Positions 27,785-36,488 of a stretch of 41,686 bases of DNA are shown here, piece after piece. Positions within the stretch are counted from its first letter, which is position 1; the number at the start of each line of letters is the position of its first letter. The notes beneath the pieces were generated by a model, which saw only the letters and a program-made list of their open reading frames with translations, was not told where the DNA came from and ran no database searches. The stretch is taken from sequence record SRR22947727_1297, one strand, 5' to 3'. The position numbers were made by a program, and so were the translations under genes.

Positions 27785-28459
27785 CTAAAGTTGAGCTAGG
27801 AACCCGTCCCAGTCAAATCCTGCTCCAGGATCGGTCTTACCTTTCCTTTCACCACGAACATCATCACCGGAAACGTCGGAATGGCGTACAACATCTTCTT
27901 TCTTAATGCCGAATTTATGCATCCATTCTTTAGTTAATTTAACGGTTGCTTCAAACTGTTCGTCTGTATAGCAACCTGCTTCTTCGATTTTCTTGCTAAA
28001 GCTACCGAAGTCATTTTTTCCAGGAACAAGAATTTCATATCCTAAGAAGAAAGAGTTAAGTCCGGATAATCCATTGTGTAGAGATTGACCGGCATGAGCT
28101 GCCTTCTTTTTGTCTGGGATAATATGTTCTATGGTTCCGTCTGGGTGTATCAAAGCATGTACCGAAAGTTTTAATTTTTCAAGCAACTGTGCTGCAGTAA
28201 TGGTTTCCCCTTCCCAGTCGATTAATTCAGTCATAGAATGAACGATAATACCAACAGGGGTAAAATCATCCATAGAACATCCGAACATCTTTTTCCAGGT
28301 ACCAGGACCTACGATACCGTCGGCATCTACTCCGTTGGCTTCTTGCCAGGCTTTAACATTTGCTTCAGTTCCTTTACCGAAGATACCATCTGGCTTTTCG
28401 CCGACTTTGTATTGAATTTTGGAAACGGCGGTACCGCTTGATCCTACTTTAAGTATCAT
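27785..28459 (-). CDS. Endolysin: peptidoglycan-binding domain plus N-acetylmuramoyl-L-alanine amidase (Amidase_2)
   Basis: DGIFGKGT...WQ..NG..ADGIVGPGTW; IIVHS, VHALI..DG, AHAG, GYEI, RHSD...KTDPG. Confidence 0.9.
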   Translation of the reverse strand: MILKVGSSGTAVSKIQYKVGEKPDGIFGKGTEANVKAWQEANGVDADGIVGPGTWKKMFGCSMDDFTPVGIIVHSMTELIDWEGETITAAQLLEKLKLSVHALIHPDGTIEHIIPDKKKAAHAGQSLHNGLSGLNSFFLGYEILVPGKNDFGSFSKKIEEAGCYTDEQFEATVKLTKEWMHKFGIKKEDVVRHSDVSGDDVRGERKGKTDPGAGFDWDGFLAQL

Positions 28460-28617
28460 TTTTTATAAGGGAATTTTTTATTTAAAGTTTCTCGACGTTT
28501 ATTACAACCACAGTCTTCTTTACCGGCAGCTTTAGCTACTCTGTCGGCTATTCTGTCCAAGCCGGTTACTTTGGTAAATTCGGCGATTGTATCACCAAGT
28601 CCTTTTTGTTGCGCCAT
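28456..28617 (-). CDS. Small phage protein (53 aa) with CGC motif, below the track cutoff
   Basis: Hand translation MAQQKGLGDTIAEFTKVTGLDRIADRVAKAAGKEDCGCNKRRETLNKKFPYKK*; ATGA overlap with the endolysin start. Confidence 0.75.
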   Translation of the reverse strand: MAQQKGLGDTIAEFTKVTGLDRIADRVAKAAGKEDCGCNKRRETLNKKFPYKK

Positions 28618-28622
28618 AATTT

Positions 28623-28853
28623 TTATTTGTTGTCTTTACCGAAAACTTTACCAGCTTCGGCGATACCAAAAGAACCGAGTGTAATAATTACGAAAGAGTT
28701 GTACACAAATTCGTTAATTACTAAATCGGCTCCAAAGGCTCCAGTAAGAATATCAGCTGCTGCAAACATAGACATGATAGCAAAGCTACCAAAACCTACT
28801 ACAGACTTCTCGTTGATATCATTACTATCCTTAAATAGTTCAGATATTTTCAT
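28623..28853 (-). CDS. Holin-like two-TM protein (start revised to the second Met)
   Basis: Two hydrophobic helices and a charged C-terminus near the endolysin; GGAGG precedes the ATG at 28853 and a TATTTATA motif sits at 28887-28894 inside the longer track ORF. Confidence 0.55.
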   Translation of the reverse strand: MKISELFKDSNDINEKSVVGFGSFAIMSMFAAADILTGAFGADLVINEFVYNSFVIITLGSFGIAEAGKVFGKDNK

Positions 28854-28918
28854 TTTCCTCCAATAAGATTGACCTTTTATATATAGTATAAATAGGGGGT
28901 CAATCAAGAGGAGTACTT

Positions 28919-29161
28919 TTACTCGTCGTCTTCTAAATCAGGTAAGATGTTAAGACGAAATTTTTCATTCACATAGTTACAGGCAACGCAGATAAAAGTA
29001 GGGATAGGAACTACCCCTTCTTGTCCGGTACCAGTAAGTAAAGCAGAAACCCTTCTTAGATAAAGAGCCTGAGTAAATGTGTCATTCCCGCATGATTCGC
29101 ATTCAATGGGCATTGTCTTTTCTATAGAGACGTTTAACTGTCCTGGGTTTATATTATTCAT
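28919..29161 (-). CDS. Zn-ribbon hypothetical protein
   Basis: CESC...CVAC. Confidence 0.7.
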   Translation of the reverse strand: MNNINPGQLNVSIEKTMPIECESCGNDTFTQALYLRRVSALLTGTGQEGVVPIPTFICVACNYVNEKFRLNILPDLEDDE

Positions 29162-29403
29162 AGTGTAGCTGTTTCGTCTACTAAGGTATTAGCAGCATTT
29201 ACTAAGTCGTCTTTCTTTCTACGTAGAGACATTTTTTGTCCGTACTTTTCTTCTACCCACTCCACAATCTCTTTTTTAGTTAGATTATCAAAGTCAGGTA
29301 CATCAGGTATAGTATCTGTTACAGCAGTATCAGGTACTTCTACTTGTTCGGGTTGAGATGACCCGCCACGGGCCCAGTTCATGAATCTAGTAAAGATGTT
29401 CAT
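29158..29403 (-). CDS. Protein with HeH/Rho-N-like nucleic-acid-binding motif
   Basis: FDNLTKKEIVEW...SLRRKKDDLV. Confidence 0.5.
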   Translation of the reverse strand: MNIFTRFMNWARGGSSQPEQVEVPDTAVTDTIPDVPDFDNLTKKEIVEWVEEKYGQKMSLRRKKDDLVNAANTLVDETATL

Positions 29404-29415
29404 TTTATATTATGT

Positions 29416-29859
29416 TTAGTTTATATATTTAGCTTTCTTTTTATAGATTTTATAAAAGTCCTTCGGCCCGCCATCGCATTCCTCTAGTACCTCATCCCAT
29501 ACATCTACTCTGAATGCTTTAATTAATCCTTTCTTCAACAGGTCCATACGAGACATGTCATGGTTCCAATGTTCGTCCCGCAGCTTGATTATTCTTTTAT
29601 TATAAACGGCCCATCTCTTTCTCCAATGGTCTTGATAGTCTAGCAGATCCACCCTTGTAAATTGAGCCTTATACTTCTCCATCTCTTCTTCAAACATCTC
29701 TACTTCTTTGTCGGCCATATCCCAGTATGGGGAAGGATCGAAGTCCCCCCTCTGTATTTGATGCCACACCAATGGCTCCTTAGAACCTTTAGGTACCTTG
29801 GTTAAAGGCTTTTCTAACCAGCTATCTCTTCTCCAGTAATTGAATTGTGACCAGGCCAT
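29416..29859 (-). CDS. Hypothetical protein
   Basis: 147 aa, downstream of a promoter motif. Confidence 0.65.
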   Translation of the reverse strand: MAWSQFNYWRRDSWLEKPLTKVPKGSKEPLVWHQIQRGDFDPSPYWDMADKEVEMFEEEMEKYKAQFTRVDLLDYQDHWRKRWAVYNKRIIKLRDEHWNHDMSRMDLLKKGLIKAFRVDVWDEVLEECDGGPKDFYKIYKKKAKYIN

Positions 29860-29876
29860 ATATAACTTTTATTTTT

Positions 29877-29905
29877 AATATAAGAAGAAAACCTATTAGA
29901 GGCAA
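29877..29905 (-). promoter_or_regulatory. Putative promoter, TTGCCT-N17-TATATT
   Basis: Shares GTTGCCTCT and TCTTCTTATATT with the copy at 3023-3051. Confidence 0.7.
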
Positions 29906-30139
29906 CTATACCGGCTCGTACGACCCCGATACCTCTTGTACAACTCTATATACTCTGTTAGAAGGGTCGGCAGTCTCTAGAATGGATTGTGAGGTTTGAG
30001 CTTCGGCCAAGGTATCAAAATCGTGTACTTGGTCGGTAGAGTTGATTTTATAAACCCATACCTGCCTGGCCGCCCAAGATGGGTCGGAGGTATTGCTGTC
30101 TACGGGTATAAATTGTTTTTGGATAGCAAATTCTTTCAT
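29906..30139 (-). CDS. Hypothetical protein
   Basis: 77 aa, with both promoter-like motifs upstream. Confidence 0.65.
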   Translation of the reverse strand: MKEFAIQKQFIPVDSNTSDPSWAARQVWVYKINSTDQVHDFDTLAEAQTSQSILETADPSNRVYRVVQEVSGSYEPV

Positions 30140-30156
30140 AGTCCTTTTTTATTATA

Positions 30157-30185
30157 AATATAAGAACTTAATCAATCCTTGCCAA
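30157..30185 (-). promoter_or_regulatory. Putative promoter, TTGGCA-N17-TATATT, overlapping a TATTTATA motif
   Basis: Same motif family. Confidence 0.6.
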
Positions 30186-30521
30186 CTGCCTCTCCAACTC
30201 AATTACTCTTCTCTGTAAATTTCTAAGCTGGATCTGCTCCCTAGTCAATCGTTTGCCGTTTTCTAGTTTAATCCAGATTTGTTTACCGTTATCGTACTTT
30301 ATCTTCTGTACTCTTTTTCCGTGCCGGTAGACCGTCCACATACCGTCCCGCGTCATTTTTCCTTCTCGTTCATACACATATCCTTTAAAAATTACTTCAG
30401 GTGTACCGGTATACGTGACTTTGTATACTCCCGGACGAACTAATTTAACTTCGTTGGCTACTTGGGCTTGTACCGGCAAGAATCCGGCTAGTACGAATAT
30501 AACGGGTAGTAGGTATTTCAT
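30168..30521 (-). CDS. Secreted small beta-hairpin (MORN-variant-like) protein
   Basis: Signal peptide ending VQA-Q; RDGMWTVY..GK....KYDNGKQ; C-terminal coiled coil. Confidence 0.6.
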   Translation of the reverse strand: MKYLLPVIFVLAGFLPVQAQVANEVKLVRPGVYKVTYTGTPEVIFKGYVYEREGKMTRDGMWTVYRHGKRVQKIKYDNGKQIWIKLENGKRLTREQIQLRNLQRRVIELERQLARID

Positions 30522-30558
30522 ATCGTCTCCTATGTTTCTTTATTATAAATATGTATTT

Positions 30559-30600
30559 CTTGAACTTCTCTTAATATTAGCTTGAACTTTTCTTGAACTT
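30559..30600. repeat. 11-bp phased direct repeats of CTTGAACTT
   Basis: Exact copies at 30559, 30581 and 30592, and a degenerate CTTAATATT at 30570. Confidence 0.8.
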
Positions 30601-30607
30601 GGCAAGT

Positions 30608-30644
30608 AAAAAAAGGCCCTCTCCATGGACGGACAAGGGCTTTT
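30608..30644 (-). terminator. Rho-independent terminator after groEL
   Basis: Minus strand GCCCT-TG-TCC-GTCCAT-GGA-G-AGGGC stem followed by C and T7. Confidence 0.75.
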
Positions 30645-30721
30645 GGGGGTTGGGTTGGGAAAAAATGCGCGTGGCGAAGGGAGGGGAAAACGCACATCCC
30701 CTTACCCCCCACTCACACGAC

Positions 30722-32368
30722 TTATCCTAACAGCATCTCCGGCGATATCTCTCCGGGGCTGTCCTCTTCATCAATGTTAGAGATAACGGCTTCAGTCGTT
30801 AACATGGTTCCGGCTACCGAAGCAGCGTTCTCTAACGCCAATCTTGTAACTTTGGCCGGATCTATAATACCGGCTTCATACATATCTACGAATTCTTCCG
30901 TACGTGGATTATATCCGAACCAAAGATTCTCTTCTTTGATAATTGTTTCCTGTTTTATTGCTATGGAGAGTTTATCACCAAATGCATTATGGAGAATCAA
31001 TTTAAACGGAGTATTTAAGCACTGGGTTAGAAGCATATAGCCGATTTTTTGGTCTGGATGTCCAAATCTTAGTTCTACTTCTTCTAATAGAGTTTCAAGA
31101 TGTTGCTGGGCTCTTAGTAAGGCTACACCTCCGCCTGGGAGAATACCTTCTTCCAAGGCTGCTCTTGTGGCATGTAAGGCATCTTCAACTCTATCTTTCT
31201 TTTCCTTCATTTCGATCTCTGTATGACCGCCTACATGAAGTACTCCAACTCCGCCTACCAATCGTCCTAAACGTTCCTGTAGCTTTTCTATTTCGAAAGG
31301 AGATACGGAATCATCTATAAGAGCTTTAATAGTTTCCACTCTTTCTACGATAGCTTCTTCAGTACCTCTACCGTCAACGATGGTTGTATCATCTTTACCA
31401 ACGGTTACCTTTCTCGCTTTACCTAACCACTCCATATTAAACCGATCAAGTTTCATTCCTTTCTCTTTAGAAATTACTTGACCACCAGTAAGAACGGCTA
31501 TATCTGATAAAGCTTCTTTCTTTCGATCTCCGTACTCAGGAGCTTTAACTGCTACTACGTTAAGGATACCTCTCATTTTATTAACAACAAGAGTACTTAA
31601 TGCCTCTCCGTCTATATCATCTGCGATGATTACGAGAGATTTATTTTGACTAGAGCAAGCCTCAAGTAGTGGTAGAAGTTCTTTTGCCTTAGTGATACGT
31701 TCTTCTGCAATTAATATGAGAGGATTCTCTAATGTAGTCGACATCGTTTTGTTATCTGTAACAAAGTACGGTGACTTATATCCTCTATTGAACTGCATAC
31801 CTTCTACTGTCTCTAAATAAGTTTCACCGGTACGGCTTTCTTCAATAGTAATTACACCGTCCTGGCCTACTTTATCCATAGCCGTAGCAATTAATAAACC
31901 TACTTCTTCATCGTTATTAGCTGAGATAGTAGCTATCTGCTCTAATTGAGATTCAGATGTAATCTCTTGAGATAGATCTTGAAGAAAGTCTACAGTGTCT
32001 ACTACTGCTTGATCTATACCACGTTTAATATCCACGGAGTTATGATCGGCTAAAGCCTCAAGGCCGGCATTAAAAATTTCGGCTGCAAGTACGGTTGAGG
32101 TAGAGGTACCATCACCGGCTTCGTCGGCCGTCTTAACGGAAGCTTCTCTTACAAGCTGTGCTCCCATGTTCTCTATCTCATCTCTTAGCTCTATAGACTT
32201 AGCTACTGTTACACCGTCTTTGGTAGATGAAGGATTGCCTTGAGATTGCTGTATAATAACTGTACGGCCGTTTGGTCCTAAAGTAGCGCCTACGGCATTA
32301 CTAAGTATGGAAGCACCTCTACTTAAAGCATCTCTAGCTGATTCAGAAAACGTTACTTCTTTTTTCAT
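30722..32368 (-). CDS. groEL: Chaperonin GroEL
   Basis: [69 protein letters not shown]. Confidence 0.97.
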   Translation of the reverse strand: MKKEVTFSESARDALSRGASILSNAVGATLGPNGRTVIIQQSQGNPSSTKDGVTVAKSIELRDEIENMGAQLVREASVKTADEAGDGTSTSTVLAAEIFNAGLEALADHNSVDIKRGIDQAVVDTVDFLQDLSQEITSESQLEQIATISANNDEEVGLLIATAMDKVGQDGVITIEESRTGETYLETVEGMQFNRGYKSPYFVTDNKTMSTTLENPLILIAEERITKAKELLPLLEACSSQNKSLVIIADDIDGEALSTLVVNKMRGILNVVAVKAPEYGDRKKEALSDIAVLTGGQVISKEKGMKLDRFNMEWLGKARKVTVGKDDTTIVDGRGTEEAIVERVETIKALIDDSVSPFEIEKLQERLGRLVGGVGVLHVGGHTEIEMKEKKDRVEDALHATRAALEEGILPGGGVALLRAQQHLETLLEEVELRFGHPDQKIGYMLLTQCLNTPFKLILHNAFGDKLSIAIKQETIIKEENLWFGYNPRTEEFVDMYEAGIIDPAKVTRLALENAASVAGTMLTTEAVISNIDEEDSPGEISPEMLLG

Positions 32369-32679
32369 ATTTCTTCTACCTCTATATCTTCTTCTACGAT
32401 TGCTAATATTTCTCTGTCTTGTACTATGTAGAACTCTTGACCTTCTAGCTCTACTCTTATAGAACCTATTTTAGGTACTAGAACTACTTGACCTACTTTG
32501 GCTTTAACTGGTATGTGCTTACCAAACTCGGACATACGTCCGGGACCGGCTGCTATAACCTCTCCCATTTCCGGTCTTTCTTTCCCCATATCCGGTACAA
32601 TTATATTCCCATATAACTGTTCATCCTCTTCAATAGGTTTAACGACAACTCTGTCGTTAGCAGGATTTAATTTTTTCAT
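32365..32679 (-). CDS. groES: Co-chaperonin GroES
   Basis: LNPANDRVVV, GNIIVPD..KERP..GEVIAAGPG, KVGQ.VL, EILAIV. Confidence 0.95.
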   Translation of the reverse strand: MKKLNPANDRVVVKPIEEDEQLYGNIIVPDMGKERPEMGEVIAAGPGRMSEFGKHIPVKAKVGQVVLVPKIGSIRVELEGQEFYIVQDREILAIVEEDIEVEEI

Positions 32680-32957
32680 GCGTGTACTGCGTTTATTATT
32701 TGATTGTTAACTTCTTCAGAACGATCCATAAATCTCTTTAAGTTAAAGATCTGTCCGGCTTCTTGCTCCAGTAGTACGTCTTTACTGATGCTGGATAAAG
32801 CATTGGCAAGCTTTACGTAATATCCTTGAGGTAAAGAATTACCTTCAAGCATTTTAACGTATTGCTTATCTTCTTTAATTAAGTAATACGGAGCCATAGA
32901 CTCATCACGTATTTCTATTTGCTTCTTTTTGAAACCTTTCTGTTTTCCTTTTGCCAT
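32676..32957 (-). CDS. Hypothetical protein
   Basis: 93 aa, coupled to groES. Confidence 0.65.
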   Translation of the reverse strand: MAKGKQKGFKKKQIEIRDESMAPYYLIKEDKQYVKMLEGNSLPQGYYVKLANALSSISKDVLLEQEAGQIFNLKRFMDRSEEVNNQIINAVHA

Positions 32958-32986
32958 ATAACTAATTTTTTATGATTAATAACTAT

Positions 32987-33015
32987 AATATAAGAACTTT
33001 TAAAATAAAAATCAA
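32987..33015 (-). promoter_or_regulatory. Putative promoter, TTGATT-N17-TATATT, upstream of the orf-groES-groEL operon
   Basis: Same motif family. Confidence 0.65.
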
Positions 33016-33034
33016 CCCCAGGGCGGGTCGTAAC

Positions 33035-33445
33035 CTATTTTATTTTGAGTGTTCTTGGCTTAGAAGACTCGGCGAATGGAACATCTATAATTAGTAAGCC
33101 ATTTTTGTAGGTAGGAGTTGCCAAACCTAAATCAAACTTACTTGCTATTTTTATACCTAGATCGAATGCACGTCTGGATATAGTACGATGGTGGTAGTTT
33201 CTACCTTCTTCATCCTCGTCATTTTTAGTATGAACTATTTTAAGTAGACCGGATGAAACTGAAGCATGTATATCTTCTTTGTTAATACCGGTGCAAGCTA
33301 CCTCTATATGTAAACCGGTACTATCTTCATAGATGTCTACTGGGTGGCTGTATTTAGCTTGATGCACAGGAAGAAAAGAACCCTGGCTGTTAAAGAAATC
33401 CTTTATAAGGATATCGAAAGGAGTAGTGAGAAATAAATCACTCAT
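33035..33445 (-). CDS. Small heat-shock protein (Hsp20/alpha-crystallin)
   Basis: PVDIYE, IEVACTG..KEDI, YHHR.ISRRAF, YKNGLLII.VP. Confidence 0.9.
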   Translation of the reverse strand: MSDLFLTTPFDILIKDFFNSQGSFLPVHQAKYSHPVDIYEDSTGLHIEVACTGINKEDIHASVSSGLLKIVHTKNDEDEEGRNYHHRTISRRAFDLGIKIASKFDLGLATPTYKNGLLIIDVPFAESSKPRTLKIK

Positions 33446-33547
33446 GTTTTTACCTCTGTATGTTTTGTTCCCCTAAGGTGAACGTTTGTGTTATGTTGTT
33501 AAAAAAATCGCCCTGGAGTCGATAATTTGATATAAATATATGAAAGT

Positions 33548-34168
33548 TTAGGAAAATTTCCAACCTTGTTTATTAGCATGATGACAATAGTAGCCGTTAT
33601 CTTGAATTTCGTCTTCAAACATAAAGATCCTAGAATAGCTACATTGGTCAAGCCACATCGATAGAGATATAGGACCAAACGGTTCGTACTTTCTAGAATA
33701 ATCTACATCAGTTCTATTTTTAGCAAACTCTATTAACTCCCCAAAGATACCCGGTTTAGCATAAACAAGCATATCATCGTTACGTTTAAAGTCTCTTTCC
33801 TTCTCTCTAGGAAAGGAACGAACCGGAATAAAAAGGTCAACGTCGGTGACATTGTTTTTCTTAAATTTATCTGTTATAAGTTCATCTAGTGTACGGTTCC
33901 ACATTATATCTAGATCTACATACCAACCGCCATACTTATCTAAAATAGAATACTTTACAAAGTTATATTTGTTAATAAAAGTTTTTAACTCATAAAATTC
34001 TTCTAACTTATCTTCTAGTCTTAAAAAATATTCTATATCAGGAGGAGTCCAGAGTATAGTTTTATAAGATGGATGCTTTTTTACAAAAGAACTATAACAA
34101 TCATTATAGAACTTTGGAAGACTTCCTAACGAAAAGAATATAAAATGAGCTAATGGCTTAGTGCCCAT
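33548..34168 (-). CDS. DXD glycosyltransferase (Gly_transf_sug/GT32-like)
   Basis: HFIF, HPSY..ILWT, ILDKYGGWYVDLD, FGP; start overlaps the polymerase end. Confidence 0.8.
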   Translation of the reverse strand: MGTKPLAHFIFFSLGSLPKFYNDCYSSFVKKHPSYKTILWTPPDIEYFLRLEDKLEEFYELKTFINKYNFVKYSILDKYGGWYVDLDIMWNRTLDELITDKFKKNNVTDVDLFIPVRSFPREKERDFKRNDDMLVYAKPGIFGELIEFAKNRTDVDYSRKYEPFGPISLSMWLDQCSYSRIFMFEDEIQDNGYYCHHANKQGWKFS

Positions 34169-36488
34169 CCCGCCAATTATCAGATATTTCCGGAGGAGCT
34201 TTAAGAGTTACTCCTTCAAGTTGAGTAGTCTCTTCCATAAGCTTTTGAACGATAGGAGCAAACTCTTCTGCTTGATCTTCTCTTACGTTAATGATCAACT
34301 GATCATGCACTTGAGCTTGTACTACGGCGTCAATACCTATCTCTTTGGCTTTACGATTAATCTGTACGGCGGCACGGTTAACTACGGCAGCAGCTAGAGA
34401 CTGTAACTGAAAGTTAAGACAGTTGTTAAGTCCGTTACGGTAGTCACGGTACACTTTCATAACTTTGTCTTTATCGTATCTCTGTTCTAGCTCTTTTCTA
34501 AATCGCCAGTCAAGAATCTTTTCACCAAACTTCTCTTGTACTCTTTGAACTTTAGGCAGGTGACGGATACGGCCTACTTTATTCTTTATAAAGCCGTAGT
34601 TCTTAACCTGCTCTCTAGAGTTAACACGCCATTCCTTTAGCTGAGGGAATCCGTTTAAGTAACCGTCTACAAGCTTTTCTGCTTCTTTAGTAGGTATCTC
34701 TAAGGTTCTGCCGAGAGCATATGCCTCCATCCCGTAAGCAATACCTAACGAGTATGCCTTAGCTTGGTTACGTTTGACTGGGTCGACTTTCTTCAAGAAG
34801 TTAGGAGCAGATTTATCGGCACTTACGCCTTCAAGCTTTTCAGTTTGTATGGCTACCGTAGAGTAGAAGTCGTAATTTTTATTAAAGATCTCTCTAAGCC
34901 TTTCATCTCCGGATACAGAAGCAAAGCAATGCGGTTCTAAGGACTCGTAATCAGCATCAATAACCTTACGTCCTTTACCGGCAGTTAAGAAGGCTCGTAC
35001 TATATTCGTATAACGAACTATAATAGGAGCATCTTCACCTTCTTCTTTAGGTTTAGGTAACTGCTGGGCATCTGAACCATAGCGTCCTGATACAGTACCG
35101 TTCTGTTTAAAGTAAAAATAGTACCTACCATCTTCAGCACCGTCTATGAAACGGTCCACGTAGGTAGACTTGATCTTGAGTAGTTTGTTGTAAACTCGAA
35201 GGTTTTCGGCCCAGTCATATTTCTTTGATAAGACTTCGAGCATTCCCATGTCGAACTGATCTTGACCTTTTGACGTTTTGGAGATAGCTTCTTCTCCAAT
35301 ATATTTAAATACGATTTCACCGAGATGCTTTTTAGATTGAATGTTTATAAAGTCGCCGTCGTTTTTTTCTTTCCATAAGTTAGTAGATATACGTAGTACA
35401 TCGTTAGCTTCTAGATGATCTAAGTCACCGGAAAGTAGAAAGTTCTTTATGTTAGTAGGACAGTCTTCTTCTTCTAGCTCTTCAATACGTTTCTGGGTTA
35501 GAGAATACTTACCGGTCTTTTCGCTTTTAGGTAGGTTAACCGAAAACATCTTAACCAGCTCTTGAGCCCAGTTACCTTTATTATTAGGAGGGAACTCTCT
35601 TAAAGAAGTATCTATTACCCAGTTCTTAGCCTCAGGTATCTTAAGAAGACTCTCCATAACAATCTTACGATTGGCTGCTAAATCGGCTTTTATCTCCTCA
35701 TTAGTCTTTTCAAGTAACTCCATATCTAAGTCTACTCCAAACTCCTCCATAGGTACGGTAACTTCTTTGTAGATAGGCATTACTTCTTCATCGAAGAAAA
35801 ACTCTTCTAGACCTTCGTCTTTAAGCCGTTCCAGGTAGAGGTAACAGATACGTAAAGTTAGATCAGTATCGGCGGCAGCATACTTACCTAAGATATCTAA
35901 GTCGGCTTTATAGATCTCAAAGTTGACTTTAGTTATCTCGCCACCGTTAGCTTTAATAGACTCTTTTAGTTCTATCTGCTCTTTGTTAGCATCCTCTTCA
36001 ACATCTAGTCCAAGTTCTTTCTGGTTCATAATAGCTATCGATTTTAGTCCAAAAGGGTTACCAAACCCGAAGGCACCCTCCTCGTAGACCGTATGAACCA
36101 GTAAAGCGGTATCAATCCATAAGTCTTCTAATAGATCAACACCGTAATAGTTTTTAGTAAACCGGGTATCAAAAGAAGCATTATGCATTACAAGCTTCTT
36201 ACCTTTTAGCATAGGTAGCAGAGTCTTAGATATCTTATGAGCTCCGGTACCGCTAATCATATACTCGTCAAGGGTTTGAGTATCCGGGTTCCAGACCTGA
36301 GTAGGGAGATAGTATCCCATACCTACGTCACCGGAAACCGACCAACCGACTATAGATCCCTTTCTCATATTAAGACTATCGGTCTCAGTATCGTACGCTA
36401 TTACGTCAGAAGCTTCAATATGCTTCATCAGTTCCAGTACGTCTTCCTTCGTTCTTACGATCTTATAACTTTTATTTAATTCTTGCAT
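34158..36488 (-). CDS. polA: Family A DNA polymerase with 3'-5' exonuclease, phage type
   Basis: Exo I YDTET, Exo II HNASFD, Exo III YAAAD; GTVSGR; motif A DADYESLE; motif B RNQAKAYSLGIAYG; motif C QVHD. Confidence 0.95.
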   Translation of the reverse strand: MQELNKSYKIVRTKEDVLELMKHIEASDVIAYDTETDSLNMRKGSIVGWSVSGDVGMGYYLPTQVWNPDTQTLDEYMISGTGAHKISKTLLPMLKGKKLVMHNASFDTRFTKNYYGVDLLEDLWIDTALLVHTVYEEGAFGFGNPFGLKSIAIMNQKELGLDVEEDANKEQIELKESIKANGGEITKVNFEIYKADLDILGKYAAADTDLTLRICYLYLERLKDEGLEEFFFDEEVMPIYKEVTVPMEEFGVDLDMELLEKTNEEIKADLAANRKIVMESLLKIPEAKNWVIDTSLREFPPNNKGNWAQELVKMFSVNLPKSEKTGKYSLTQKRIEELEEEDCPTNIKNFLLSGDLDHLEANDVLRISTNLWKEKNDGDFINIQSKKHLGEIVFKYIGEEAISKTSKGQDQFDMGMLEVLSKKYDWAENLRVYNKLLKIKSTYVDRFIDGAEDGRYYFYFKQNGTVSGRYGSDAQQLPKPKEEGEDAPIIVRYTNIVRAFLTAGKGRKVIDADYESLEPHCFASVSGDERLREIFNKNYDFYSTVAIQTEKLEGVSADKSAPNFLKKVDPVKRNQAKAYSLGIAYGMEAYALGRTLEIPTKEAEKLVDGYLNGFPQLKEWRVNSREQVKNYGFIKNKVGRIRHLPKVQRVQEKFGEKILDWRFRKELEQRYDKDKVMKVYRDYRNGLNNCLNFQLQSLAAAVVNRAAVQINRKAKEIGIDAVVQAQVHDQLIINVREDQAEEFAPIVQKLMEETTQLEGVTLKAPPEISDNWRDGH

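Noticed and set aside
30530-30712. 60-aa minus-strand ORF
   Set aside because: It spans the terminator, direct repeats and GC-rich element and has no ATG start; probably non-coding.
30522-30721. tRNA gene in the largest intergenic region
   Set aside because: No cloverleaf or T-loop GTTCRA in a suitable context.
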